A DNA stretch of 64,000 nt from Rhizophagus irregularis (GCF_026210795.1 NC_089429.1:1240001-1304000); one strand, 5' to 3'; shown: positions 25,230 to 38,974, counted from the stretch's first letter. Made by a program: numbers and translations. The notes: generated by a model not told the origin, from the letters alone.

Positions 25230-25570
25230 CAAATTAGTGTGACCTCCTGTACGTCACCCTCTAAGGAAACCAGTATTCACAAATCTGGAAAATCTGGAAT
25301 TTTCCTTAATAACTATATAGAGAAGGGTCGATTATTAGTGATTTATACCAGAGAAAATCTTGGGAAGTTTTCAGTTATTTAAGTAATTTATGATAGTGTT
25401 GCGCAAAGTTTTAAAACTCACTCATAGGAAACTATTTAAATAATTGAGATTTCTGCATGATTCCGCTAACAATTCCCTTCTCTATATAATTATCCAGGAA
25501 AATTGGGGTTTCCAGATTTTGTAAATACCGATTGTCTTAGAGGTGTGACATGCATAGATCGCACTAATTG
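25230..25570. mobile_element. Older foldback element with ~110-bp imperfect TIRs
   Basis: Left arm AATTAGTGTGACC..GTCACCCTCTAAG..AATCTGGAAA..TATATAGAGAAGGG is mirrored by CCCTTCTCTATATA..TTTCCAGATT..CTTAGAGGTGTGAC..GCACTAATT. Confidence 0.75.
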
Positions 25571-26099
25571 AAAACAGCGATAAATAATGTAAACTTACGA
25601 ATTATAGTCAATAATTATTTTGATCTATATATGGGGTATCCGGATATCTGAGAAAAAATAAATATCCGGATAGAAGATATCCGTTTTGACCGATTATATG
25701 AATAAAAATTTTTTAATCATTTAAATTACTTTTATTTATTGAAATTCTTATTTATTGAAATTATCATTTACTAAAATCATAACCCATTTTGCTAAAATTA
25801 CGGTACTATTAGAACATTCGACGATCAAGAAGTAATTCGGGCTGTCTATAATGCTAACCTGAATTTTATAAAATTGACATTGACAACTCCCAGCTATTAA
25901 ACGAAGTTTGGGATTTTTGTAATTCCGACCACCATTTTATGATTGGCCCAAATTACTGTTGACCCATGATTTAAAAATTTTTTTCTTTACAGTTAATTTT
26001 AGTTACAAATAGTATATAAATATAATAAAACCAATTAATTTTATGCTTAATCTTTCATGATCATGTTTTTAATGTTTTTATATTTGTAATGTATTTATT

Positions 26100-26337
26100 G
26101 TCCACAAATTTGATTTTCGGTTCACGTAACATTGAAATTTGAGGGGACTTGAGTTTTATTGTTTGTTTTTTATAATATAAAATTTTACATGACCCCTTAA
26201 AAATTATAAAAAAATTTTTAATTTTTAAAAAAGTCCATCTGGAAAATTTTATAACAATATATAAAAATTTTTTTTGAAGTTTTACAAAAACTGATCCAGC
26301 CGGGTGACGTAAACCGAAAATTCAAATTTGTGTGGCC
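26100..26337. mobile_element. MITE-like element with ~27-bp TIRs
   Basis: CACAAATTTGATTTTCGGTTCACGT versus ACGTAAACCGAAAATTCAAATTTGTG. The right end GGCC|TAA is compatible with PIF/Harbinger, but this is unproven. Confidence 0.65.
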
Positions 26338-29300
26338 TAACATAAAATATTTAGTAAAAATATAGTAATGTAAAATAAGTTATAATTTGACTTTACTAAT
26401 AGAGAAAGAGCAGTTTTTTATCTAATTTGGCCGATTTTTTTTTCAAATTTTCACAAATTGGCATAATTCAGGCAAATTGATAGTGCCGGCCAAAATTAAA
26501 AATATATTTTATTTAAAATTATTTGTTAAGATCTATTTATGAAAAAAAAATTTATATATATAATCTTATCTGGATTTTGATTACTATCTGATTGAAACAC
26601 TAGTAATTTCCAGACATCAAAAAAACGGACAAACTTATCCGTACATTGCAGTAACTGCGGACAAGGATGCAATCATATTATCAATTTTAATAATTGATAA
26701 TATCTTTAATCAAATATTTCACATTAGTTAATATTGTACTTAGGAGATAAAAAATATATATATATATTATGTAAAAAACTTGGATTGGCTAGAACAGTTT
26801 GAAAACGCTATAATTATAAAAAAAAACACTAAAGTTTTTAAGAAAAATTCTTGTGAATTTCTTGCTTTAAACAATGATTATCAAAAATAATAATTTTAAT
26901 AATTTTAATAATTCAAAGTTTTAAAGAAAAATTTGTGGGAATTTCTTCCTTTGAACAATAATTATAAAAATAATGTATAAATATTATGTCTGGGGACGAA
27001 GTTTAAGTAATATTAAGTAATATTATAATATTAGAAAATACATTTTATTGATTCATATTAAAAGTATTACATTAAAATAAAATGTGTTAAAATAAATTTA
27101 GGCTATTGATAAACTTTAAACTTTTCTGTTATGGTCAGATCATACTATAATAATATCACTTATTCTCCTGTACTATAATATATTCAATTTATTATGCATT
27201 CGTAAAACCTGGTATGTAAACCATCGTATAACATCATGTAAATTCTATTCCTCTTCTAAATGAAATAAATCATTTACAATATATTTATAAATAAATTAGG
27301 TAAAATATTTCACTATACCAGCATTAGAGCGGAGTATTTCACAGCTTTTAACCCTGTCTGGAACTCCACCCTATTCGGTAATGATCTGGTGATATTTAGC
27401 AATACCCTATTTTTATACCTTTTAAAAGAAATATAGTAAATCTTTGTTGTATAATTAAAGTAATTAAAGCATTCTCGTCTCACAATTATTCACTTAAATA
27501 AAAAAAATATAGAGTAAAACTTATTTCCTTAACATTAATCCATCGATGTGTTTGAAGGATAGAGTATAATATTTTAGAATAAGGTATACCGTACATTATA
27601 GATATTTTTGCTTCAAAGTGTGACTAACCGCATATATATACTTCATACACAGTTCGTTCAATTGTTTCTGTAATATATGCGAAATTGCTAATTTTGCTCT
27701 CATATTTGATGTATTTTAAGAATAAAAGGCGCGTTTTTATTTATTTAAATGTAGTTTACATGTGTTCAGTCAGAACTACTAGATATAATAATTCAGTAAG
27801 CAAGCCAATATGCACCATATTTTATTTGCGATAAGCCGATATAATCTAGCTCCGGCCGGAATTAATCTAATTATCGGCTTGCGTTTTAATATAAAAGTAA
27901 ATACGATAGTAAAATAATTTTAGCATAAACTAAAATATGGTATTTTCATAAACAAGATTGCGTAACATGTTATATAATAAGAAAATTGGTTTTTGGATAC
28001 TTGATATATTGGCTTAAAAATCATCAGAATGGGTTCATTATAGGTTATTATAACCATATTTCATAATTCTCCTTCCTGATAATAAATTGATTTTTTAAAA
28101 AAAGTAAAATTCAGATATAAACAAATAGTAGTAATTATGTTCTGGATCAATGATGGTCAGTATGAAAATGACCTACTTTTAAAAATTATGTCATGTATTC
28201 ATCATAATCCTTTCTAAATTTTATTTTATTTTATTTTTTTAATGATATCTTTATTCGTAGATAAACTAAAATTTGTCCTAACAAGTTCAATATTAAAGAA
28301 AGGGGAAAATAAAACCAAATCCGAAAAACCTTTTTTTCATATTAGCTTCATAGTGGGTGGTATCTATTGTAATTCTGGTCAAAATTATATACGGCTAATT
28401 TGTAATGATTGAATATTTTTGTTAAAATAATTATTTTTTCTCTCTCAAATTAATAACTTGCAATATTAATACTACTATAATAAAAATTGTGAAAATTTTT
28501 TTATGATAGAAGCAATTAAAGTTTTTATCAACAACCAAAAGTCTAAAGTCCTTTATAAATCTCTTTAACTATTAATAAAACTAAAAAATTTATAAATTAA
28601 AAGTATGAATCTTTTAATATGTATGAGTCAATAAAAATTAAAATATCTATATTTTTAAGTATTTTATAGTTCAGTAGTGATGCAACCTTATCAGATATAT
28701 AGAGTTATTCTATTACTTTGTCCACTAGTATTTATAATTTTTTTTTGATAAATGTTAATATTAAATGAGAAAATAAGTTAAGTGAATAATTCTAGTTTTT
28801 CATTATTAATTTTTTTCTTTTTCCTTTTTATCCTTCTGGAATTCTCTAATTCATCTTGAATATCATCTGTTCCTTACTTATGTTTGTCAGGAATAAAATT
28901 TTTAGTTGACTCCCACAAGTTAGTAAACATAAATGTAGCTGAACATCCTTTCTTATAATTAACAGTTGTAAAAAAAAAATTATATACCTTATGTGCACTT
29001 TAGGATATTAGGTAATATACCAATAGAGTTTGTAAAGGAAATAAATTTAAAAGTATATTTTACTATAACCGTTTTTTAGAAGGACTTTTGATCGAATTAT
29101 TTTATAAGAATAAAAACTGAAAAAAGGATTTTCAGTGTTGTTTATATTCTTTCAGATATAAAGTAATGTTAGTCCAAAAATGCAATTTTTTTTCTTATTA
29201 ACATTCATATATTCTTCTTTATTTGCCTTTTCACTTTGATCTTCACTTTTATTAACCACTATTGTCTCCATGAAAAATTCATAACATTTTTCAAATTAAT

Positions 29301-30707
29301 GATATTATTTCTTTTGAATTAATTCTATTTTCAATAATTTTAAATTATATATAATAATATTTTAAAACATTTAGAAGTACTAAACATTTTATTTTGCAAT
29401 AATCCTATAAGAAAACTCTGATCATTTTTAAAAAAAGGAATTTGAATTTTATCTAATGGATTTTTTCAAAAAAATAGGTTGAATACTTATAATCAATCAA
29501 GTGAAAAAATAAAACCTTATTATCCTCAAAATATTTCCATTTCTATCTAGAGAATCCTTTTCAAGTTTACCAACTTAAGATTGTCATCAAGTATATGTTG
29601 TTCAAGGTTTTTTAATTGCAATTGTTAAATATTATATTTTTGAGTTGAAGTGGAAAGTGGAATAAATTTCCCGGGAGTGGGAGAATCATTTGTTGTTGAA
29701 TTTTGTGTGACAGGATCGTCTAAGATAGTTATGTGATTTGATTATTTTTTGGACTTTGAGTAATATACTTCAGTTGTCATATATTAATCCACAGATAATA
29801 AAATTACTTCTATCCATTTTTTTTTTTCGGAGATCATGTCATAAGTATATAAAAATGAATCGCTTTGACACCACCATTCCGGAAAAACATCAAGTTGCAT
29901 ATTATTTTCAGTTTGCTAAATAGTATTAGGAAATGATGAATCTGACTATTGTATTTAAGTAAGTAATATTTAAAACTATTTTATATCATCTTGCATAATG
30001 TATATTAAGTTTGAATTACAATCTTTAACGGTTGTATGCAATATTATAAACGTAAGTTGTAATGTAAATACCACACTATTTTGGTTAGCTAAAAGATGGT
30101 AATTCTGATTTACAAACTTGACTTTTGGATTTACAACTATTTATGGAGACCTTCACTAATGTATATAATCTATCTATTTTGGAGTAAAAGTAATAATTTA
30201 AAGAATAATGAAAGAAAGAATGTAACAATATTATTAAAAAATCCAACCATTAAAACTATATATATAAATTATTGTATTGAAAAATAATCTGGTAATTTGA
30301 TAATTTTAAATATCTCTAAATGACTTTCAAAATAACAGGTCATTTAAATCATTAATATAAAGTAAGAATATTAAAATACTTGTGGTATACTGCTTAAACT
30401 TATTTGTAAATAGTACTATTTTTTGTTACTTTTTGTTATATAAATAATAAGTAGTCAGAATTAGAGTACAATTTTTGTTACTTTTGTTATTTAAATAACT
30501 AAACCAGAATGAGGGTAAGATAGATTAAGGGAAAGGTAATTTTCAAAGGAAGGGTTAACATGATAATATTCCATTAAGAACAGCAATCATGGATGTTTTG
30601 TCAAGAATTGTGTCATGCAGAAGGAAAGAACATGCTATGGCAAAGGAAGATAAATTTTGAAACAGCTAGACAAGTTGTATTTATATGTAAAATGCTTTGA
30701 ATACTAT

Positions 30708-30838
30708 TATTACAGAGGGCTGCTGTGTCATAATATAAAAAGGGCTTGGAAAGCCACATTACTAAAAGCCACACTTACATTACAGAGGGCTGTTTAATAA
30801 TAAAAAAAGGCTTAGCAAAATCACATTAAAAGCCACGC
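30708..30838 (+). repeat. Two-copy ~70-bp tandem repeat
   Basis: ATTACAGAGGGCTG...AAAAAGG(G)CTT...CACATTA...AAAAGCCAC repeated at ~30708 and ~30779. Confidence 0.75.
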
Positions 30839-32699
30839 AAGCATCTTTTCGCATTTTCTTCTCATACTTGTTTAAAATTAATTTGTTAAAACTTTTTTTT
30901 TTTTGAAATAAATTAAGAATTTATATTTGATTTATAAAATATAACCGACTATGACTTATTAAATGAAATCTAAAACCAAAATACTTGAAGCAATTTAACA
31001 AATGTTATGAACACACAAAAAAATAACAAAGCAGTATAGTAAATATTTTAATTGAATATATGTATAATGAAGAAAACTTACTTGTGTTCGTAAAATTGGT
31101 AAACTTGTCATTTATGTTAATAATCATGTGATACAGTGCCATTTTAACATTAAAATTTTCATGGCAGTTTACTTGTTTCAATACGACATTTTTAACGAAA
31201 TAACACTAATAAAAAGTTTACTTAAATTTTTTTACAACACGCTTATTCAAGAAACATTTTATTAACCTTTTTATGTTGAGTACATATATTTTAGCTAGAA
31301 ATAAACGATAAAAAATTTAGGAGAAAAATTTTCCCACGACTAGCTCGCTTCGTTCTTCTATCTTATTTATATTATCATTTCTGTTTCTTCCTATCGTCCA
31401 CTACATCCAACAAACTTCAAGAAAAAACTGAAAACCCATCCTGCAACATATTTTATTGCGCCTTTACAAACAAATTTCGAAGTTCGTTCAACTGTTTGTC
31501 TGGACACAAGACAGGTGAGAGGTGACACTCAAGGGATTTTCACACTGTACAACAACAAGCGAGTACCTACACCGAAAAGAATATTTTATCTACCTCTATT
31601 AGATACGTGATTAGTAATTACCTAACTTACGTATTTTCACTCAATCATCTATTTCCTAAAAGCGTTATGGCAAAATATTTCACTCGCTTGAACCAATTTT
31701 TATTGACAAAATCACCACGGTTCGTGATTGCATAATCAAAAAAGCATAATTATCTTCAGTTGGGTATTTATTACGTGTATTATATTGGATTGATATAGTA
31801 TTTTATATTACTTAGCAATTTAAGAAGGTTTATAATTTTTAAGTTTAATATTTGTATAAATTTATAGTGTTTATTAATCAATAAACAATTTTAATCATAA
31901 TACGTTCATTTAAAAATTACTTTGTTATTTCACAAATCACATTAAATTAATATAAACTTCGAGCTTAATAAAAATTATAAATATAAGAATGTAACAAAAC
32001 ACAATAATTTATGTATCATATGTAAATATAATTATTTAGATCATAATTAAAGAATTTTAAAATCTTACAAAATACACAATACCTTACAATTCAAATTTTT
32101 CAATAATTAATATCATCTATAAAATTCATTATTGTAAGATAAAAACAATAACATTTATTAACCACTTAAAAATCACCAATTTATTAATATATTTTCATCA
32201 TCATAAATCTTTCGCTCGTATCACGCAAAAAAATAAATAAATAAATAAATAACAAATTTACTTTAATATATAAATAATAACAATAAATATGTATATTTTT
32301 TTTTCAAAAAAAAAAATTGTCGTTAACAAATGTTATCCAAATAAACTAAGTTATAAAAATTAATGATGCAGTATACTTTTAACTTTATTAATATACAACT
32401 TCGATTTTTATATGTTTTCCTTGTTACGACCAAAGATGTAACATAAAATAAATTTAGATTAATAAAATTTAAAATCAAAAAATCAAACTCAAAAATTAAC
32501 TCCTAATACCAATATTTAATAAAATCCGCTTTTATAGTATTCTGTAATATTTTAATTTCGTAGAGCCATATACTGTAACTAGTGGTATTATACAAAATTT
32601 TATAGAGATTCATAAATTTTTATGATTTGATTGATAAATTTACAACTAAAAAAATTTGAATTTTTATTACTAATTTATATATACAACAAGATTGTCTTG

Positions 32700-33330
32700 T
32701 TTTGGCATATTATACGATTGAACCTGGAAAGTTTAAGATCCTTTTCAATTGTAGAATATTAATACTTTTCTATTATTTATTATTGAATATAGATACTCAT
32801 CAATAAATGCAATCCAAAATTTTACCTATAAAAAAATATATATATATATTCTTCAAATTTAGGAAGATTTCTTGTTTAAGTCAAGTTATTTATCCGAGGT
32901 AATCTGAAAATAAATGATAAAAAAATATTAGAAGACTCGAGTACTCTAAGTAAGCTTTGTAGAAATGACAGATTCAAGCCCCCATGCCTACTATCAACTG
33001 ACATTAACGATATATCGTGAGTGATCAAACTCGTGCAGAGGTACTGTCACATTGATAATAAGACATGAGACCCACCACACCAAAGGGAAGGGCCCCACAT
33101 ACAGAAGTCTGCGACATAGCTTGAGATTATTTTCTCATTTAAGGTAACCAGACTTCTAGAAGAGGAGGATAACCAAAACACTCTAGGTGCACAAATCCCT
33201 TATACATCCCAGCTTAGCCATTTCCACTTACCGAAATAATAAAAATCCAAAGATATTTATCTTCATTGTTTGATGTTTAAGTAAAAATCTTCCAAGGCTT
33301 TTTATGATAAAGAATAAGAACAAAAGTCTT
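32700..33330 (-). pseudogene. Decayed gene relic containing a 328-nt GC-rich structured intron (32904-33231)
   Basis: Minus-strand donor CG|GTAAGT at 33231, CTAAT branch-like site, pyrimidine tract and TTTTCAG acceptor at 32904. Flanking exon-like sequence ('LEDFYLNIK', 'DFYYF') carries stops and frameshifts. Confidence 0.5.
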
Positions 33331-33532
33331 AATAAATAAAAATATAATGAATATTAAAAGAAAATGATGAGTATTGAAAGGTGATAAATATATTTAAAAG
33401 AAAAGATAAGAGTAAAATTAAAAGGGAAAAATTTTTCGAAAACTAAAAAAGTCTAATGAGACTTTATAGATAATTTAAAATCATTAAAATCATATACTGT
33501 GAGTCATTGTGATTAGTATGATGTAAGATTGT

Positions 33533-33573
33533 TTACGCGCTATACCCATTACGCGCATTACGCGATTTACGCG
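33533..33573. promoter_or_regulatory. Cluster of four TTACGCG motifs (MCB-like)
   Basis: TTTACGCGCT..ATTACGCGCATTACGCGATTTACGCGT within 41 bp of otherwise CpG-poor DNA, upstream of the minus-strand relic. Confidence 0.45.
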
Positions 33574-35393
33574 TATGTTGATCACGTTAGTTAATATTAG
33601 TTAAAAGTTGAATTAAAAAGGTAAGTAAATATACATACTTTTAAAACTTTTTTTTCAATAACACTTACTAAATTTCTTTATTAAGCACTTTGCCAGCGGG
33701 TTGTCATAGTTAAAAATATTTTCACTTAATTTATTATTAGGATTCCGTCTGGAATTCGAAAATAAAGGGAAGCTTAATTTTTCATTCCACGGATACCCAA
33801 TAAATATATTATCCACTAAAATGAAAAAAATCCAAATATCAATAAACGATGACAAACTAATTCAATAAGCATTTTTTAAAATTTTATACTTAAGACGTTT
33901 AAAAGTTTTACTTTTATTGCTTTTATTGTAACTTTTATCATAAAAGCACGAATTACGAATATAATGATTATTGTAGAATAAAGTAATTCATTGAGGAAAT
34001 AAGAACAGAGTTTCCAATAGCATATCTAAAATTGTGAAAATTTAATATGTCTTATAAATTTTATAATTTTCTAGCCCTATTCTGCACGTTATCTAACTGC
34101 CTTTATAGATAAGTTTATCAATTTGTAGCAAAATCGCATAAATTTTTACCGAACATTCTTTAAGATTAAATCTTTTTTATTCAAGTATTTATAATATCAC
34201 TTAAAATTTTTTCCCATAAGATTATGAGGTTAGATTTTATTGTGCAAGTATTAGACATATTAGACATCAATATTGTACAAATCTTGAACATTGTCAATTA
34301 GCTAAATTTTGACATTATTTCTTCATAATTTTGTTTTATCTCCAGTTAGAAGTGATTAATATTAATTCATTTTATGGTGGTACAGTAATATCTAGTAGGA
34401 TATCTTAACTACAGATTACTAATTTTTCAATTATCATTTGTTTATTATTTAATTGCTAATACGCTAATTGAAACCCAATTTTAAACTTAATAATCTAAAT
34501 ATAAACACTTTGCATTATTCAGAATGTGATACTGTTGCGAAGTTATTTAGCTTGAAAAATCAAAAAAAAATTGGAAATTCCAAAAAAAAAAAAAATGGAA
34601 AAAAATGGAAAATTTGCACTAATTTTTGCAACTTTTCTACTTAAAATTTTTTGAAAAATATAGTAGCAGATATTCAAAAGTATATATATACTGTATACAT
34701 ATATAATTTAAAGAAAAAAAGTTTTTTTAATAACTCAAAATAAAGCGAATGAATAAGTGGCAAAAAAAAAAAAAATTTGAGCTTTATAATCAATCAAGAC
34801 TGCACCGCAAGTAATTTCAAGTGAATCACTGCCGGACCTGAATTCACATGACTGCAATAAAAATTGACATGATTAGACTCAGAAATATCGTCGGACTGGA
34901 CGGATTTATCATTTTGTAAAAGTTTAAACCATGCCAAGTTTTATAATACTAGTTAATGTTTCATTATATAAATTGTACAAATATTTCTCAGTTCATTAGC
35001 TATACCCATATTTCACTAAAAATTTTTGTTTATTGTTAATAAACGGCAACAATAAAACACATGATGGTGAAAATAGAGTTAAAGCAAACGATGAAAAAAA
35101 GTTAAATTATAGATCAGATTAATGTAGCACATGATCCGTGCTTTAGTCGGATATGCACAGTCACATGGCGCATATTTAATCTGAAATTTTTCAAAGAAAG
35201 AGTATTAAGATAGGCCTTTATTTTAAAATGTTTATAAAATGATGACATTATGCATATTACATATCATTACGGTTTTTATATTATCACTTTAATCACTATT
35301 TGGTGAAAAATTTAATAAAAGATCAAAAAATTCAGATAATTTATTTCTTCAGCAAATTAATATTATATGACAATATTTCTGATAATCAATACT

Positions 35394-37205
35394 TTATGCT
35401 ACATCTTCTGATAATCCATCATTAATATGTTTTAATTTTAGTTGTTTACAAATATCATTACATTTATGATTTGCCAAGAACAACTGATTGATTCCCTCTT
35501 TGCCAAAATTAGTGCTTCCAAATCTTAAAGAATCAATACAATGTATTGCTGGATCAGTTAGTAAGAATTCATTAGTTAGTTCGATTCCTTGAAGATCACA
35601 AACCACTAAGTATCCTTTGGTGTATTCATACGTGAAATGGACAAAAGCTTCAAGAATAGGCCGAAGTTCTGTAATTACACCAGTATTTGCATTAAATCGT
35701 TTATATTCCATATTATGAAGTTTTGGTTCAATAGTATAATATCGAATACTAAAGTCAATGGTTCCACAACGTAAAAGTTTTACATTGAGAAATTTTACTT
35801 TGGAAAGATCTTTTCGCTCTGCAATCAAATTAAATTCTGTAGAGAGAAAAGATGCAATTGTAGAGATTTCTATCGCCTCAATATACTTTTCAAAAGAATT
35901 ATTTCGCCCAACATGAAGGAATTCTTTTATCACCATTTTTTTTGCTGGACAACTTCCGATATCAAGAGCAAAGTAAGCATATCTTTCAACACCTGCAGAA
36001 AATGGTTGTGAAGCAATCTTAAAGGAGAAACTTCTAGAAAAGAGATTCGATTTATTGAAATAATTTGGGTCTTTAAGTTCATCCAAAGTATCAAGATTAG
36101 GATACCACATAACTATTCCTTCTTGCAACGGAAGAATAATCCAATCAGGCTCATTTGGATTCATATCAAGTTTTTTTCGTTGCAAAGAATACATATACTT
36201 GGAGTCGCTTCCAATAGTACTGGTCATTGAAACAGCATAAGTAATAGATGTTGAGGTAGCTTTAATAAATTTTTCAATTAATTTAATTGGATCTCCTCCT
36301 ATAAGATCAAATACTGGAAATTCACCAATTATACCACGGAATATCTGAAGCTTTGTTTCGGTAGTATAATTAATTCTTCCAAAAAAGTAAAGGATATTTT
36401 TTGATTGCAACTTTTTTAGGACATTTTCTGCGGTTAAGCCATATGGATCACCTTTTGGATAATCATCTATCATATCTGTAAATTTTTTACCATGTGGTGG
36501 AGAATCACCAATATGAAGAAGAACACGAGTACCATTTTTCCATTTCATTTTGGTTATTGCTTCATTAAGACCTCCGAGAACATCCTCTGGAGTATCGCCA
36601 CCACCGTAAGGTAATACACTTTGCAAATATGTTGTAAATTTCTCATATTGGTCGGTAAAATCTAAAGATTTTAGATGATCATGTCTATCAATATGATCTC
36701 GATAACCACAAAAGCCGACCCGAAGTTCAATGCTTGGATTTGTATGTTTAATGTAGTTTATCACCTGTAAGATACAATCTCTAGCAGCATCAATATAAGG
36801 CCCCATAGAATTAGTGCAGTCTAAAACAAAGCAAAGATCAACTTTCATTGAAAGTTTGATGCTATTGAGCGTTTTGGATATAGCCTTTTCTCGCAAAAAT
36901 GTAACTTTAGTCCTTAATTCATTTTCTGTATTAGAAGTTACCGTTGTATCAGAAGACAGAGTATCCGCCTCATAAGCATAACGTTTCAAACGTTCTTCAG
37001 TGAGATTTAATTTTTCTAAATCAGATGCGAATGAAGAGGGGTTAGAGGTAGATATAGTATTAGAATCTTTAACCTTTATGTTTATTGGCTTTTCTTCAAA
37101 AGAAAAAGTATTTATCTCATCAGCACATAATTTCAGACGTTCTTCAGTACTTTTGGCTTTCGCCCGTTTTTTTGATTTTTTTTTCAGACAGAACCATTTT
37201 GACAT
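35394..37205 (-). CDS. vWA domain + alpha-kinase (eEF2K/MHCK family; VwkA-like architecture)
   Basis: Intronless 603-aa ORF. MIDAS-like 'VDLCFVLDCTNSM' and 'GGGDTPED'. Alpha-kinase motifs 'PFSAGVERYAY', 'AFVHFTYEYTKGYLVVCDLQG', 'LTDPAIH', 'FGSTNFGKEGI' and the Zn-binding 'HKCNDIC'. Confidence 0.92.
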   Translation of the reverse strand: MSKWFCLKKKSKKRAKAKSTEERLKLCADEINTFSFEEKPINIKVKDSNTISTSNPSSFASDLEKLNLTEERLKRYAYEADTLSSDTTVTSNTENELRTKVTFLREKAISKTLNSIKLSMKVDLCFVLDCTNSMGPYIDAARDCILQVINYIKHTNPSIELRVGFCGYRDHIDRHDHLKSLDFTDQYEKFTTYLQSVLPYGGGDTPEDVLGGLNEAITKMKWKNGTRVLLHIGDSPPHGKKFTDMIDDYPKGDPYGLTAENVLKKLQSKNILYFFGRINYTTETKLQIFRGIIGEFPVFDLIGGDPIKLIEKFIKATSTSITYAVSMTSTIGSDSKYMYSLQRKKLDMNPNEPDWIILPLQEGIVMWYPNLDTLDELKDPNYFNKSNLFSRSFSFKIASQPFSAGVERYAYFALDIGSCPAKKMVIKEFLHVGRNNSFEKYIEAIEISTIASFLSTEFNLIAERKDLSKVKFLNVKLLRCGTIDFSIRYYTIEPKLHNMEYKRFNANTGVITELRPILEAFVHFTYEYTKGYLVVCDLQGIELTNEFLLTDPAIHCIDSLRFGSTNFGKEGINQLFLANHKCNDICKQLKLKHINDGLSEDVA

Positions 37206-38515
37206 ATTTCTTGAATGTCAATAAAAAATAATAAAAATTATTTTTTTTAAAAAAAAATATAAACGAATTTCTAAATTAGTTAAAATGAATTTCCGAATTT
37301 ATTTAAATTAGTTTCCAAATCAATGCAAATAAAAAAAATTGGCGCATGTTCAATGACAATGACTCATATATATATCTGATTAATCCGAATGACTAAATGA
37401 CTTGCATTTCGTCCTCATTTCGTTATATTTATAAATATGATTTTTTATATATATTTTTTATTATCATACATTTATTATTTTTTTCTTTATCCGGATGTTA
37501 AATGAATAGTAGCTATTATCATAACAATACATTTACTGTATTTAGTTAATATTAGCTAATGCGTATAAATTATCGAAATTCTTTTTTAATCGGTAAAATC
37601 ATGTGATCAACAACATCAATAGATGAGTAGAGTTGATAAAAAAAAATAGGAGTCGATTTTATTTTTTACTCGAGGTTTTTAAATTTTATAATTTAAAGTA
37701 ACTTAGAATGGTAAAATGATTTGGAAGTAGTTTTTTTTAAAACATTTTTTTTTATTTGAGTTATGAACTGTGTTTTTTTATTTTAGTTTCTCAATGTCAG
37801 TAACATTGATTTTTTACTATGGTCAGATTTTTCATGTTACATAAATTTAAATTTTTAAATTATTATTTACCGAATTAGTTTTCAAATAATATATTTGCAT
37901 TTTTTCCCGCCTATCATCGATGAGATTTCCCGGGTTAAACTTTCGGATATTTAGCCCTAAGTTCCATCAAATCTGAAGCATTGCAACCAATTTCAGTAAG
38001 CGGGACGCTTGATAATCTTAACTTTGATTGCTGAAGGTAGTTGCCATATTTAGAGATTCTATTTATTAAAGAGACCTTTCTTGTTGTTGTTAGTGAAACT
38101 TGGTTTGTTTTACGTGATTGAACTTTTTTTTTGGAAATCTTTAGAATTTTGTCTATTATAAATAATAACATTACTTTATAATTAAAAACACTTAAAAATG
38201 GTTCACCACATAATGTAAACGTGAATTTACCTCCAAATTTTTATGGCAAGTTTATAAACAGGTTGAAAACAAAATTACGTTTAAATATTCAAATATTTTT
38301 TTCTTTATCCTATAAAACTTTAGATATTTAGTACTTTATTATTGCAAATTTACTTTTAAATAAATTTATCAAATTATTTTTAAAATTTTTGTACCAATAG
38401 AAACGTAACCATTTTGAGCTAATTCTTAAGAAAAGTTTCCAACAAAAAGAAAGTTGAAAAAAGAACACAATATTTAGAAGAATTTTCAAAGTTCCGAGTT
38501 TATTTCATAATAAAA

Positions 38516-38550
38516 CTAGCCGCAACCCGTCGCGCTGAGAGTAATAATAA
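38516..38550 (-). mobile_element. Possible Helitron 3' end remnant
   Basis: Minus strand reads ...GCGCGACGGGTTGCGG-CTAG|T: a GC-rich half-hairpin followed by CTAG/T. The left arm of the hairpin is degenerate. Confidence 0.35.
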
Positions 38551-38974
38551 ACACACTTATATTTTATTTCCATGCAGTGTGAATAGGTCTAGTTTTTTAC
38601 TAATATTATGAGGTATTAGGAAATATATGTAAATTAAACAATTTATATGATTATACAAATAACAATGGATTGTATGCAAGTGTTATACAGTGTATGAAAT
38701 ATTATTATTAAATGCAAATTTTTTTAACACGAAACAAATGTTATCGTTCAGCCAAATAGGATCATGCAGATTTTCATAGACCGATATTTTTATTAGCAAT
38801 AGCAATAACACAATATTGATATAATAAAGTGGAGTAAAAAAATGGCGTAAATGGCGTAAATGAATATTCTGTAGGAAAAGTTTAAATAAAGCTTATAAAA
38901 ATGAAATTTATAGAAAGCTTATTTATGATGTTATTAATTAATGCATGATCAAAAACGTCAGAACGATAACACTT

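Noticed and set aside
27100..29900. Minus-strand decayed multi-exon relic (e.g. 'NYKKGCSATF')
   Set aside because: Possibly a transposase or gene remnant, but no diagnostic motif is recoverable by eye.
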